A stretch of 64,000 nt of DNA from Epiperipatus broadwayi (lineage: Eukaryota; Animalia; Onychophora), in NCBI GenBank assembly GCA_028023455.1, contig JAQFVV010000006.1:7254001-7318000 (forward strand), written 5' to 3'. The position numbers and the translations under genes are program-made. Shown here piece by piece: positions 1-14,683 of the stretch; the stretch's first letter is position 1, and each line of letters begins with the position of its first letter. The notes under the pieces are model-generated. The model was given only the letters and a program-made list of their open reading frames with translations. It searched no databases and had not been told where the DNA came from.

Positions 1-1639
1 TTTTCTGGTTCTATGTATGACAAATAGCAACGATATAGTTAGGTTAAATTAGAAAATTAACATTTATTTATAACTCAATCAATACCAATAAATAATTGAT
101 TAATACATTGATCAAAAATAAATAAACAAAATAAAATACCAATCACATGTACTTCTTTTTATATATAAATAATGTAGACAAATTCCAAAACAAACCCAAT
201 ATAAGGTTTTCTCACAAATGGATTTGATTTCAGCCTTTATAGGGGAGAAGATGGGTTCAAACCCCTAGTCAATAATATCTCCAATATGTCAATGCCAGAA
301 CCCATACACGTATACCCCAGATTTTTAATAACTGGTATTGGTGATCATGCAAAAGCTGGCCGTGGGAACTCGGCTTGAAATATCATACAAATTGATATGG
401 AATAAATTATAGAAATAATTTATTAAATGCCTTTTAATAGCTGATAACTGAACATGCAGGATCAATCTAAAAATGAGGGAAACAACATTGACATCATAAT
501 GTATGGAGACTCTGCCCAACCACATTTATAGAACAAATAGCCATGGTATTCCTGTGGAATGCATTCATCCACGCAAAGGAATAGCAAAGAATTAAATGTT
601 CTGTGAATTTTCTGGCTATCATCAGAGCATGAAGCATCATTACAGAATGTTCTACAGATTAACCACCAGCACAGAAAGAAGTATAATGTAATAAAATGGC
701 AAGAGATCATTTTGCAGATTGAACCATCAGCACAGAGTAGTGCCCTATAACATTATAAAATAGTGCAGACATCCACTTCCCAAGTAAAAGAGACATAAAA
801 TTACCCTCATCTACAAAACTACTAAATTAGGAGACTGTAAGACATCAAATGAAAAGTATTTTAGTGTGGGAAATAAACTGAAATAACAGCCAACTCTGCC
901 TAGAACATGGATGGAACAATGACACATAGTAAATATAATATGAGCATAGGCACAAAAACCCTGGAAAGACATACAGGACTAAGCCATAAGGTATTACTGT
1001 ACATTATAGATTCATTAAATAATCATTAAACCTTTATGCAAGCACTGTTCCCTAATAATCGCTTCTCCTCAATCCCTATATAATATGTTCAATTTAAATT
1101 AATAAATAATTATTTTACACCCAATAGAATGTCTACCATGCACTTCATACACATATAAGGTAATATAAACCAAAATAAAACTACATACTTGTTTAAATAA
1201 CTACACTAAGCTAAAATACATAATATTATAAATATATTTCTTAATACTTAATGTACAACATATAAATTAAATAGTTTTTCAATCATAACATATAGAATTT
1301 TATAAGCTTGATTATATTCCTCTTCATTTCCACCCGTAATGAATATTCCATAATTAATTGATTCACGCGTAGGCTTTCTGAATATTTGAGATACTTAAAA
1401 ATAGGACATGTATAATGCTGTCCCACATGAAAATATATCAATTCCATCTAAATAAGCTCCTTATGAATGTTTGAGGCGGATCCTTTTCTTTTTTTAATAC
1501 ACCGTCACACAAATATAGAGCATACCTCCACATTAACCAGTATCATTATTTATAATTAAAGTATCCCTCAAAAGATAATAAACCTCTTTACTTCTATGTA
1601 GGCATTACTCCAAAGTTAAAAATCTTTCATTACTTTTAA

Positions 1640-1975
1640 TTTAAACATCACATGATCACCATCTCTTATGCTAGCACATAACTGTTATTAACCAGGCAAA
1701 ACTCTCCACACAGCAGTGCCACCCCGTGCCAAAAGCAATCAATGGATGCCAGAAATCCCCATATAGTGCCTACTCATCCAATATCCCCGGAGGTGGCTGC
1801 TGGAGGGTTGCATTAGATCCTAAGATCTAGGTGCAGTGCTCTCAGATCCAAGGCTCCTCAGGGGATATTGGATGAATAGGCACTAGATGGGAATTTTATG
1901 CATGGGCCTTCTTGCATCTATTGATTGCTCTGGTTGACTCAGGTTAGCACTGCTGTGTGGAGAGTTTTACCTTTA
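1640..1975. mobile_element. Family A hammerhead-repeat composite, head-to-head; ribozyme core deleted in the plus arm
   Basis: Shares gatccaaggctcctca, ggggatattggatgagtaggcactag and tgtggagagtttt with the copies at 61.6-63.9 kb. Confidence 0.85.
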
Positions 1976-3222
1976 ATTTAGCGAGTGAGTGTCAAAGACT
2001 AGGAATGATTGTGCAAGCAAACAGTTACCCCATAATTGTCATGACAGTTATAAAATAATTTTCTGGTTAGCTATTATTTCTTTCAACAGTTATATTAAGT
2101 AAACTGTTTTTTTCATATTTAAAAATCTTAAATAAAAAGACTATTTTTTAAACAGATTCGTAAGCTGATATTAGATCCATTAAAGTAGCACTATTTTTTA
2201 GTTTATTTTGATTTTTCTATTTTTTTTTTTTAAATACGATTGGTTAAACATAAAACTTGTTCATGATAGGTTTTGTCTGGCTCAAATCCCAGCCTCTTCT
2301 ACGGGTAGATAGTTTTCAATTATTGGCAAAATTCTTGCTAATATAATTTTTCCAAATAGCTTATGAGGGACATATAATGATCATATTGGGAGTTAATGTT
2401 ATGAATTGTTGCTAGATTTATTTGGTTTTAAAACTGCTAATTAGGCCAAGTTTTATTCTGTATGAAGAATAATATCACTGAACGGTTTCACCAATCATGC
2501 TCTGGTTTTAGGTCCTATTCTATTTTTACAAATTCTAAAAATATGCTAAATGTTTCTGCAGCTTTTGGCGGTTTAACACATTTTGGGGTGAATTCATGTT
2601 CTTCAATACCTACTGATTTTATCGGAGTAATATTAAAAGAATGTTGTGAAAGAAGTTTGCAATTTTACTCTAATAATTCTTTTTCCTTATTCTTCTTGTA
2701 TTAAAAAAATTTATGTACAAGATTGGCAATCACATTAATGGTGGCAGCGTTAATTTTGTTATGGGTGCTTTTACAACAGGAGATTCAATAGGTTTATCAG
2801 CAATTTCTAAATATTTGGTAGATCATATTGGCCAGAAAAAATACTGTTGATTACAATCCAATCTAGCACGAATGCCTTCATTCTTATTTTTTTCAAAAAA
2901 AAAAAAAAAAAGTTTTATTGCTCAGAAGTTTACAAGAAATTTGAGCATCGGTAGCTTCTGAAGTTAAAAGAGTCCAAAATCTTACATTTCAGAATCTGAC
3001 AACCCACTATTACGATAAGCTATGCAAGGATTTATTATTATCCTTATATTATTATGATATACTGTATGTACGAATATGATTGCAATGTATTTTATCCTTC
3101 TAATATACTACGATAATAATTGTCTCATAAATCTTAACTTTAAGCCTATGATGCAAATAAAAGCAAAATTACAAAAATAAGTAAGAGCTTCTTCTACGTA
3201 AATAAATATTGTTTTACCTTAC

Positions 3223-3315
3223 TTGGTCCTGTAGCTTCAATATTGGTTCTTTGTGATCTTCTAAACTTGAGAGTTGTAACTGGAATCTCATCCTTTGCTG
3301 TCTTTCACTTGCTTC
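3223..3315 (-). CDS. Internal coding exon (EASERQQRMRFQLQLSSLEDHKEPILKLQDQ), phase 0-0
   Basis: Acceptor tttcaaattctctag, donor CAA|gtaagg, only one frame open. Confidence 0.75.
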
Positions 3316-3974
3316 CTAGAGAATTTGAAATTGATATTGTAGAAACAGAATGTAATCTTTTCATTTACAAATACACACACACACATATATATATATTCCT
3401 TTTCATTTGTGTTTATAATAAATTAATAAAACATTTGCAACTGAAAAAAAAATATTTACTTTTTAGATACAGATTGAAAATGCGCTCAGCTGCATCTAAA
3501 AAAGTAAATAATAAAATCTTTTCAGTTGCCCATGTTAAAAATGGTGTGCTAGTTTATTAAAGATATATATATCTGTAATTAAACACCACATAATTATGTA
3601 ATAATATTAATTAATACACTCTATAAAAATTTTCGCAATTTTTTTAAGTGGTAACATTTGATAAAAAAAAAAACAATCCATATCTGATGGATGAATGTTT
3701 CTGATAAATAATCTGTTATCATCAGCAGCCCAAAAATTAGTTGAGGCCCCAGTAAATGTAAAAGTGTGATTTATGTTTAATAACAATCATTATGTTTAAA
3801 TTTTAATATAAAATTGAATGTTTCAACTGAGATAAAGTAGAAAGTACGTTGCTGTTTGATTATCTTACGTAATTTTTAGGTTGCTGATATGTCCAGATGA
3901 CTATTTTTATGATCATATTAAAGTTCCATAAAGAGCATAAGTTAAAATTAATGTTGTAATATTATAAATATATC

Positions 3975-4300
3975 TCCACTTTCATCCATTATTGTTCATT
4001 GTAGTATGAAAGACTCATCAAGTTCAATGCAATTTCTTTGATCCTAGCCTCTCTTTTCCACAACACCCCAGAAAACTTCTTTGCTTCATCCATCTCTATC
4101 ACATGTGTGTCTCTTTAGATATTTTACAATCTATTGGAATCCAATTTAAGATTTCAGATGTCCATCAATTATCATCTCTTCTAGCAATATGTCCACTTCA
4201 GTTTCTTCATTACTTCAATGATGCCAGTGATTCCTGCATTCTCTAATCCATGTATTTCGATTTTGATCTATATCCCTAACATACTTCTCTCCATCATGAT
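3975..4300 (-). mobile_element. RTE-clade LINE 3' fragment (decayed)
   Basis: Minus strand encodes remnants of the KW..GHIARRDD..W motif; closely parallels the 11.0-11.4 kb copy. Confidence 0.75.
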
Positions 4301-4994
4301 ATTTATATACAAACATTTATCTCAAATGATCTCATACATGTATGTGCTTGTAGTTATTATTACGATGATGATGATGATTTGTGACTCACGTATGCCATCA
4401 CCCATATGGGGAAAGTCCTATAACTGATTGTGATAGATATGGAAAAAAAATGGTAAACTGCTATATCAACCACTTCAGCGATCGCTACTTGAATGATAGC
4501 TGAAATATTGGTATGATGTTAATATTAACAATTAAAAACACACACACTAGTAAATCTTGACTTTATATGTTATGATTTGGGTAACATTTATTCATAAGAT
4601 GTCTGATTACAATAGCAACCTACCTTCAGACACTTTAAAAGGCTGTGGAATGAAAACTAAAATTTATCTCTCAGTGGAATTGTTTGCTATGTTATTTTTG
4701 GTCCTGGTAGGAAAGCCCTTTAGCAAGTGAACGATTAAAATTGTAAAATCCCAACGGATATAATTTATGCTAAAAAATCCTTTTATTAGAATTCAAAGTA
4801 GAATTATAAAATCTATTGGTTTTTTTAAAATTTTATTTCCATGTGTAATTAATTGTAAAAAAAAAAATCACAACTTGATAATTTAAATAATCTGCATATG
4901 TGCAGAAACTTTTTTAAAAAATAGCTAATACAATCAAGGATATCTAATTAATAACCTCATCAATTTTATCCTCCATAAGTTGATCACCAATAAC

Positions 4995-5210
4995 CTACAA
5001 CAAACACCACATGATCACCATTCTTTATGTCTACACTAGCTGTTTTCACAAAGGCAAAACTCTCCATACATAAGCTAGAAACTAGTCTGGGCATATTGGA
5101 TGAGTAGGAACTATATAGTATTTTATGCACAAATCTTCTTGCATCCATTGATTACTCTGGCTTGCACTGAGTGGTACTAGTGTATAGAGAGCTTTGCTTC
5201 TGTGAAAATA
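4995..5210. mobile_element. Family A composite (head-to-head), partial hammerhead (cataagctagaaactagtctggg)
   Basis: Direct sequence match to family A. Confidence 0.85.
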
Positions 5211-6879
5211 GCAACTGAAAACTTGGCACCACTTTTTAATCCGGACAAAACTTTGGGAGGCAATTCAATTGTTATGAGTATCAAACAATTATTTAGATAT
5301 GAGTTATCATTATTTAATCTTAAATATATTAGCAAAAGGATATTCAAAAATAGATTTTACAGTAAAAAAAAAATCAATATGATGGTTGAAAGTATGTGGA
5401 TATCATTTTACGATTTTCATAGTTTGTCAATTTGAGCTGCTAAAAGAAAACAAAATTCTCTATCTGCTCGTAACAGTGATTCCATTTCTCCTCTCAAAAT
5501 AGCAACCAAATAAAATGTAGAAACAAATTTTAATTACAATAATTCAGTAAGATCACTTTCTTAGTAATTAGATGATTGTCTTTTTACTATTAATGACTAA
5601 TTAATTTCTTAGGACTTGCAAGGTATCTTGTTGCAACACTGATATATCATCTATTGTGTTGCTTGAGACATCTAAGGAGGTTCTGCTATCATTATAACTA
5701 GAAGGAAAATTTATGTTAATTTAATTACACATGTCAATAGATAGAGCCTCTTGTATTGTTAAAAAAAAGGCAATTATATTTGTATTGCAATAAAAACAGA
5801 TACAGAAGGAAAAGTAGTAACTTCAAAAATTAACCAAAAGAAATTAAAAAGGTGAGTATTTTTTCCCTTTTTATTTAAAATGTCATTTCTAATATATAAT
5901 ACATTAATTTATGTGTAAGTTTAAAATGTTTTCATAACTAATTTCATATGCAAAGCTTGCAATTAAAGCATTGCTTTATACATGTAGAATTTTTTTAGTA
6001 CTTAAATTATAACGATTTAACATTTTATCATCAGTGAATTTTCAAATAAGATACAGGACTACAAAAAGAAATTAATAAATATATTTAGACACGACCCATT
6101 TGGAAGAACTGAATAACAGAATTTCTGTACAATGATATGAAAAAGTTAATAATGAAAAATGACAAAAAAAGAAAAGAAAACAACAGTAGAGAACTAAACC
6201 AAAGATATAAAATGATATTTTGGTCATAAAAAAGTTATTTCATCTAGATAAATATTACAAAAAAGATGTCTTCAGAAAGCATGTGGAAGGATTCTGCTAA
6301 GAATTATATACAGTAATATAAAAGAAGATGGATTATACTATTAAGCTGGTGATTTTAAAATAAGAAATAAAGAAACAGACAAGGCATACAGTAGGCATTA
6401 AGATTTGTTAATTAAATGCATAAATAAATTGCTTAACACATTGCCTACTTTCCAATGGCAGAAAAGTCTTCAAATCGCCTACCTCTAATTTTATGATTGA
6501 TCTGTCTAATGTATAAACACAGGTGCTTAATGTAGCATTTATGGGCATAGACATATTTCACCAATTTTTTTTTTAATAAATTATGAAAAGTTGTGAATAT
6601 TTGTTCTACTGAAAACATTACTAATTTGAGTAAGGACACCTTTTAAATAACACAGTGTCATCTTAAGTCCTAAATTATCAACCCTTTTCTCATTCTGAAA
6701 TCGTATTAATAATGTCTAAATAGGCTAAAATGAAGGTATTGGTGAAGCTAATTACAGATAAATAAAATTAAATGCTGAGCACTTTCAAAAAGTTTTGTCT
6801 TCTCATAATCAGTGAGTTGAATGAGCACAAAAGAAAATGTGTGTGATGAATATTTAAATTTATTCAAAGTGGGTTAGAG

Positions 6880-7400
6880 AGTTTACTTCTTGAAGAGAGA
6901 GAAGCATGCTTCCTTCCAGTTTATAGAATGGGTATTGTTAGCTATAAGCTACTCTGTACAAGTAATGGTGGCAGAAGACAGTTCAAATATATGGGAAGTG
7001 GACCTTTGGTATTCCAAGAAGATGAAATTATATTCAGGTTTGTTCAGAGCTCTTTTGTACAAGTAACAGTGCTTGGAGATGCGAATGGTGAGCAAAGCAC
7101 AAGATCTGTTTTTCTTAATTATCATCCAAGATTTCTATAGTAGTAGAATGCTTTCAATAAATATTGCCTTCATCAGAAAGTTTTATACCGAGTGATGATG
7201 GCTGTTTTAACATTTGAAAGTGAGGCTTTTGATATGGTTCAGGGAACTCTGACATTTTTAGATAGAACATAGAAAGAAGTAGGCAGATGGACATTGGTAG
7301 TAAATTGTGGAGAGCAAACGAGTCTATTCAAGAAAAAATGAGATGTGTTTTTTTTATTGAGGGGAATTTGAAATATTTGAAAAGTTACACTATATGAAAC
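6880..7400 (+). mobile_element. Decayed non-LTR retrotransposon RT C-terminal remnant
   Basis: KVLYRVMMAVLTFESEAF resembles the LY...RP.L.YGSE.W motif of LINEs; many stops. Confidence 0.45.
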
Positions 7401-8822
7401 AGATTAGTAAAAATTGTGTTTAATTAGATTATATAAAGAACAGTAAGCACATTGGGCAAGAAAGGTTTTACAATATGTAACTTTAATAGTCAAACAATTT
7501 ATTTTCATGTATTCATATGAGAAATGAAATAAATATTTAGAGATTGTATAACAAGTATGGGATCATAAGAAGTGAAAAAAGAGGATGGATAGACTGTAAA
7601 AAAAGGAGTTATGGAAAATAAATATGAATAACAAATAGTTCATATAAAAAAATAAAAATTATATAAAATATGATAGGATGTATGATAACACTAAAAAAAG
7701 TATATTGTTATTTAATGTGCTTTGATACTGGAGACTTGGCTAAAGAGTAACTTAAACAATATAGTATCTCAGCCTGCACAACTAATTTTAATTGTCTGTT
7801 GCCTTGGAAACATCATAGCTGCAAATTTTAACTAGGTTTTGAAAAAACGAATTCTCACTGATCAGATATTTCACACATATATTGAATATTATCAGTGACA
7901 GTTTGCACATTTGGACCTTCTTTTTAATAGAATTTATTCTAATTTAAGATACATTATAAACTGTAATAAGTGCTAATATCATTAAAATGCAGAAAAAAAA
8001 ATGAAAATAACCGAATGGCTTTATTGTTCAGGAGATCTAGGAAATCCCACCCCTGGAAATAACTGAGCTGCGTTATGACCTATGGACCTTGAGATACAGA
8101 CTCTGCTACTTTGCCACTGCCCTAAACCATGAAAGGGTAACCCAAATGGGTTGCAATTCACGAACTGCATGCAGAAAAAATCATCCAAGATGGAATGATC
8201 TATTGTGTGGTCATTCACAGGAAGTTCAAACACCAAAATTGATGAAAGCCAAGCCCGAACTCCAGAGTCCGCTGATGAACAACTACACCAAACTGTACAG
8301 AGCAAATCATCTGAGGGGATTGAATGGTGTATTGCTTGATTGTTCATAAAACATGTGATCATCGGAAATGATTGAATTGGATTGTGAGCCATGAATCGTA
8401 AGTTCCAGAACTTCTCATTCTACCAAACCACAAATTTATAATAACACAAAGCTATCAAAAACAAATGCATTAATAAATAGACAATAAAATTAAAATTTGT
8501 TAGTAAAATATTTATAAAATTCATTAATTTACTCCCTCCCCCAATAAAAAGGTAATATTTAAAAAAAATCAGAAGTACATTTTGAAATAAAATATTATCA
8601 TAGAAATCAAAGCCCTGCTAAGTTCTAGTGCAGAGATAGAGGGTCCAACAATGGATTTTGGGGTCCAAGGAACAATTTTGGCTCTCACACTTCACTTCCA
8701 GAGCCTAAACCTCTTATAAAGTCCTGAGCAATAATTCAAATATTCTTTATATATACTTAATAAATATAATCTACAAAAGGGTGTGGATAATTATCAACAA
8801 TTAAGGTAATACATTTTTGCTA

Positions 8823-9320
8823 GAAAACAATATCACTTTGCTGAGCCAAGCTTTCGATACAGCATATCTTTGTTAAAACCCAACAATTAAGAATATTAAT
8901 AAATACATTAGCATATCCGCATGCATATAAACATACAATAAATTAGTCACTGATTAACATAGATTTGCATGAATAAATTGATCTAGCAGTTGGTTACCTC
9001 ATCAGATTAAATTAAAGAGCTTGCTAATAGGAATGCCATTGGCTCTTATAAAAATAAAAAAAGCTTGATTCTAAGAACTCCATAAATAGATGAACCAATA
9101 GCATTCCTCTTAACAAACACTGGTCATTTAATCTAATAATGTAGCCAACTGCTAGGTCAATTTGCACATGCAAAACCATGATAATCCATGACTAGTTTAA
9201 TGTATATATATATATCCATGCAGATATATTAATGTGTTTGCTAATATTCACTATAGGCATGCTTTGACAAAGATACCCTCTATCAAAAACCTGGCTCAGC
9301 AAAGTAATAAATAATTGTTT
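8823..9320. mobile_element. Foldback/MITE-like element with long imperfect inverted arms
   Basis: ctttgctgagcca at 8835 vs tggctcagcaaag at 9293; ttgatctagcagttggttac vs gtagccaactgctaggtcaa. Confidence 0.7.
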
Positions 9321-9434
9321 TATACCAAAAAATACTCGTATAGAATATATTTTTTATTACATATTATCTACCGTAAATATATAAATATTATAATTTATTA
9401 TTTATATATGTAATATTCAAATATAAGTATATTG

Positions 9435-9635
9435 TCTATACTAAATATAATTAGAAGGGACTTGAACTCAGATTTTCAAGCTCTCTTTACCTATGCGCTC
9501 CATCTTATACAACTGATACACATGACCATAGACATCTTTTTTCACGAGTTTGTGGTCACATGTATCAGTTGTATAAGATAAAGTGCATAGCTGTAGAGAG
9601 CTTGAAAGTCTCAGTTCAAGTCCCTTCTAATATAT
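9435..9635. mobile_element. Family B head-to-head hairpin fragment (no ribozyme retained)
   Basis: Arms ttagaagggacttgaactcag...atacacatgacca and tggtcacatgtatcag...gttcaagtcccttctaa. Confidence 0.85.
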
Positions 9636-10988
9636 AAAGAAACCAAATATTTTTACTTACTTTTTTCTTTGGTTCAACGTATAATAATAGATGGTTGACT
9701 ATATCTAAAATCATGGCATATTGTAACTATAAAAAAGAAAAATACGATTAACATATAACATGTATATACGTCAAAATAAAATTGGAAAGTCCATTTCTCC
9801 GATTTTAGACTGAAGACAATAAAACAAGAATTTCAAAGAAATGTCAGTTACCATAAGAAAGGAAATAACTAATGCAGTAAAAACTTCCAATGTATTATTA
9901 ATTCTAAGCAAATAAACTGCAGTTTTGATTAGCTGTCAAAGAGTTGAACTTGCTTTTAAACAATCTATTTTTTTAAAAAAAGAAAATGCTGTAAGAGTTT
10001 ATTTTGATAGAATGTCAACAGAAGCAGTAATATACCGTATCAAACAAGAACTCAATAAATATCAGAAGTTAGCTTTAATTTTAATTACATATCCCTTTGT
10101 TCTAACAAAAATACGAGATCACACTTTCGCATATGTGAACTCATGATTCTAAGAATATTCATTTTATCTACTCTACTGACAGGCTCGAATAATCTGTGTT
10201 TCCTAGATAATACGATGCTATAATATCCATATCCTCGTACTAGTTTCTAGCTTTTGCTTTAGCAATGAGAATTAGGATTCAAAGCTGGAACTAACCACTT
10301 ATTCACTTACTACTCACGTTTGACTTCTTTAATAGCCTTAAATTAAAAAAAAACCCTAAGGTTTTGAATTCAAGTTAACTTGCTTCTGTATTCAAGAAAT
10401 TGTGACACTAGGTAAAAGCGAAAATCCAATGTGAGGTTGGAATAGTTTAGCATTATGCCATCTGGTGGCATTGATTTTTTTAAGCATACAATACATAGTT
10501 CTAGTGTAGGTTAAAAAGAATAGCCGTTGTTCTAACCTATTGTATATTATTCCAACTGATATTATTAATAAGATTATGTAGATTAAGTTCTCTATTTGAA
10601 GACAGTTTGAGTAACAGGACAATAGTAGTGGCAGTTTACCCGGGTCTGCCGCCCCCTTGACACAATTCATCCAAGCAGGGTAAATTTTAAGCTACATCAT
10701 GAACTAATGTAGTCACTTATATCAATAAATAAAACTTTTTAAATATTTTTCTTTATCAAAGACAATAAAATCATCAAATCGACTTTCAATCTTATTTATT
10801 AAACAGTTTAATTACCTTCTTATTCCTGATATCGAATTCTTAGATCTGTATTTCATTGATTACATTAAACCAATTAATCTATAAAAGTAAAGATAAAAGT
10901 GGAGTCATTAAATGTCAGGAACTAAATGGCTCTTATGTCTGCTATAATAAACAAGAGTGAATATTAATATAAGATTAAGCAGTATATA

Positions 10989-11700
10989 TCATCATCACCA
11001 TTGTCGTCAACCATTAGATTTCCTTCAGGAAATTAAATCCATCTTCTCCGATCTCTGACCTCTCTTCATCACGTCACCTCTGCACACTTTATTTCATCAA
11101 TCTATCTCACACATGGTCTCTTTCTGAATATTTTACAATCTCTTGGAATTCCATTTAAGATTTCAATTGTCCATTTATTATCATCCCTCCTAGCAATATG
11201 TCCAGCCCAACTCCACTTCAGTCTTTTAATTCTTTCAACAATGCCAGCAACATCTACTTATTCTCTTACCCATGTATTGCATTTTCAATTTCTTCTTGTT
11301 ATCCTTAACATGCTTCTCTCCATACTTTTTTGAATAATCTGCAGTCTCTGTATTGCTCTTCTATTAAGTGTCCAAGTCTCAGATCCATAAGTAAGAGCTG
11401 GTAAAACAAATTTATTGAAAACTTTCCTTTTCAAACACATAGACATATTTCCTTTTAATATTAAGTTATTTCTACTAAAAGTACTCTATTTCTACCAAAA
11501 GCACTCCAATCAAATTTAGTTCTATGATTAATTTGATCCATTATGTAGTTGTTAACTTCTTCTAAACTCATCATAATCAATCTTTATTTTCATCTTTTGA
11601 GTAAATCCACTGAACAATACTTGTCTTTTTAACATTTACCGTTAGTCCTACTTTCATGATAACTCTTGCAATAGTTCCTGAAGCTCTGAAAAATTATCTC
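10989..11700 (-). mobile_element. RTE-clade LINE 3' portion
   Basis: Minus translation LKRKVFNKFVLPALTYGSETWTL...IKRLKWSWAGHIARRDDNKWT and a (GAT)n-like tail. Confidence 0.9.
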
Positions 11701-13460
11701 CAAAACAATTACAACATAACTCGGAGAAAAATTAATTTTGAATCTTTTATCCCCTTGAATGTTACTTAATCGTTGTGATATATTAAATATCAGCCTTTTC
11801 AAGTTATTATGCATGCGCTTTTTACGAGTGTTAATAATAAATGAATACTTTCATTCCCAACACGAGATATTAGTATTTATGAAAGAACAAAATGAATCCA
11901 CTTGTTCTTTCCAACCCAAATGCTTATATATGGGCAAATCTTAAGTAAGGCACAATAGCTTGATAAGGCTAATATTTAATGTATTACAATTATAAACATA
12001 GCGCTATATAAATAAATGCTTATTTAATCATTGTGCTAAAAGAGAGTTGAAATCACTATCCTGCATTGATAAAATGCCAATGAAGAAATAATTGTGAAAA
12101 GTTATGTGACATCCCTATTTCTGATAAGCATCAATCTGCTAATCAATGACAGTTCTTTAAAAAATTTTTAAACTATTTGAATTCAAGGTTATCAGAAGCT
12201 AATTATACCTGATTATTTTAATTTGGATGTTTATGGTAATGTATGGGTAAAGGTGTTAGGGGTGTTTTGAAATCAACATTTATGCAATATTTAACATTAT
12301 CAAAATACAATAAACAGTATAAAAAAGGTGAAAATAAGCTAAATTCAATACTCCCTGGACCAGTAATAAGAAGACTACTTTATTTATGGACCTTTTTTTT
12401 TTTTACAATCAGAAGATAATCATCTAATCAACGGGGAATAATTTAGGGATATTTACTCTAATTACAGTATAACCATGTATCAACCAATTTTGGATGGCTA
12501 ATTGGGTTGTCTAAAAGTGACTACGTGATGTGAACTGAAGTTCATTTTGCCCCACAATCATGATCATGACAAATGGTTGCATTAATACTGTGCCATGAGA
12601 TCATGCCAAAACATGCAGTAACTGGATAATGGGGATAATTAATATAATATCACATAGATTAATGACTTAAATTTTTATAGAAAATAGCAGTTGTTTTGGG
12701 TGAATAATCATTTCACTTCATGCATATATAATGCACATGTGAGTGTCTGTATGTGTGCACTCAGAATAGTCTTTTGGAATACTGTCACATTTACAAAAAA
12801 TAATTTAGACAAAGTACTTCCTGCAATAACTATCCATTTCATCTTGTCATTTAAGTCGGCATTCTGTAATACGTCAATCAAATGTCTTCTTCCTCAGGAG
12901 ATCAATATTTGAACACCAGAGCATTACATTATTAGTGCTTAAACCATACATATTTTATATGTCTAGAATTTTTCACTTTTCTGTATTTCAAATGTGAAGT
13001 CATAGACACCAAAAAAACTACACTAGTAGATAAGCAACATGTTTCAGTGTCTTCATCCATATGTGTGATAACTGAAAGCTAATGACTCATGATCTATATG
13101 CTAAAAGTATAGATTATGGCAGAGGTTGGCAGATTCTTGGTGATGTCATGCCAAATCTATGTTACAATGTTATTCCACATGCCAACATGAATCTATCAAT
13201 CTTATTATATAGTGTAAACATTGTTCTGGTTATAATGAAATCCAAAATTATATGAATAGAAGTTTTTCAAATGAATTAATCAATATAATATTCTGCCTGA
13301 ATATAAATTTACTCAGAACATGTGGTAGCATACAAATGTATCAAAAATCAATTGTATTCACTAAATCAATAGGGATTATAATTCTTATAAATATTATTTG
13401 GTTTGCTATAAAAAGTATATAACAGCAATCTTTGAAAGTATAAATTATTTGAAGAGGGGG

Positions 13461-13830
13461 AAAAAAGAAAAAATGATATCACGCATTATGTAGTTAATAA
13501 TCAATTTTATATGATCAAAGGTTACTAAATGAAAGTTAAAGGTATTATTTATTTGACAGAATTTTGAATCAATCTTATAATTTGTCTTTGATATTCCAGA
13601 ACCACAATTCTTGTGAACATTATTCTGCTTATGGCAAAAACATATGCTAATCATAACTGCAGTCATAGTAATTATAAAAATATATTGCGGGAAATAAGAA
13701 AAAAATGATTTCATGCATTATGTAGTTAATAATCAATGTTTTATGATTAAAAATAAACAAATTATAAGTTAAAAATATTATTTATTTGCTCAATTTTAAA
13801 TCATTGAAGTCATAATTTGTCTCTGAGATT
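13461..13830. repeat. Diverged tandem duplication, period about 235 bp
   Basis: gcattatgtagttaataatcaat and flanking blocks occur twice. Confidence 0.75.
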
Positions 13831-14593
13831 TAAAAATAATGGCAGCTATGAAAAAAATACATTTTTTAACTAGCAGCAAAAACAAATTTTTTTTAATAAT
13901 TTCGATAACTAAAACTTCAGCAATCAACTGTACATTATTTTTTTTTATCAAAATTTTTATTTAATTTCGTTGCATCTATGTAAAATAAATATAATTTGGA
14001 GGGAAGAAATAGCCACGTGAAATAAATTCAAAGTTAAATTGGTTATACATTACAAAAGTAAAACACTTAATAATAGAACATAAAGTGGATAAAAAAAAAA
14101 CTTCAAAATATATACGTGTTAATTTTTAAAAATTTTTAAAAATGCATTGTATTATATTTAGTTCTCTTGCCTTATTTTTTTGTTTTCTTTCAATTTAACA
14201 AATGTTTGAATTAAGAAACATTTTCTCATTATGTAAAAAATAAAATGGCATACCATCCAAGAAAACATTGTTTTTTTTTAAAAAAAAACATAACTATCAA
14301 AATGATCTATACAATATATTTATCCAAAGTTGGTAATTTTTAAAAATAATATGCTTAGTAAAAATGTTTTATTCATTAATTAACAATTTTTTCAATTTAA
14401 GCTTTATTTATTTTTAATCAAATTTTTATATATTCCAAATGTAAAGTAATGACCCCCCAAAGAAACTCATTGCAATTGCTTAATTTGTGATGCATTATTG
14501 AACACCATTTGCCTTAACTAACCTGTGTGAAGGTATGTGTATATATATCATAATAGTTTATAAATAGAATAATTATGATAATAGGTTACTTAC

Positions 14594-14683
14594 CGAATTG
14601 GAACAGATATTAAGATCATGATGAGTTAAAGTGAATGAATCCACACCTTCTTTAGTGTCCCACAAATCAGAAACTTCAAGTGG
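14594..14683 (-). CDS. Internal coding exon (PLEVSDLWDTKEGVDSFTLTHHDLNICSNS), phase 0-0
   Basis: Acceptor aatatttttaag, donor TCG|gtaagt, only one frame open. Confidence 0.7.

Noticed and set aside
320-840. Moderately GC-rich stretch resembling a decayed ORF
   Set aside because: Multiple stops; no motif I can support
2460-2880. Possible LINE remnant on the minus strand (KPPKAAETFSIFLEFVK)
   Set aside because: Only one weak motif among many stops
3452-3503. Apparent 36-nt exon readable on either strand
   Set aside because: The splice-like ends come from a small inverted repeat (tttactttttagat / atctaaaaaagtaaa), and the phase does not fit the 3315 exon
6060-6400. Possible HLD..SEEHGERF-like transposase remnant
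   Set aside because: Needs several frameshifts to see; family not assignable from memory
8021-8392. Longest ORFs in the track (123 aa minus, 86 aa plus)
   Set aside because: No splice signals or recognisable domain; TIDHSIL hints at a decayed RT but the evidence is too thin
10640-10691. GC-rich patch readable as a small exon on either strand
   Set aside because: Weak acceptors on both strands and no phase-consistent partner found
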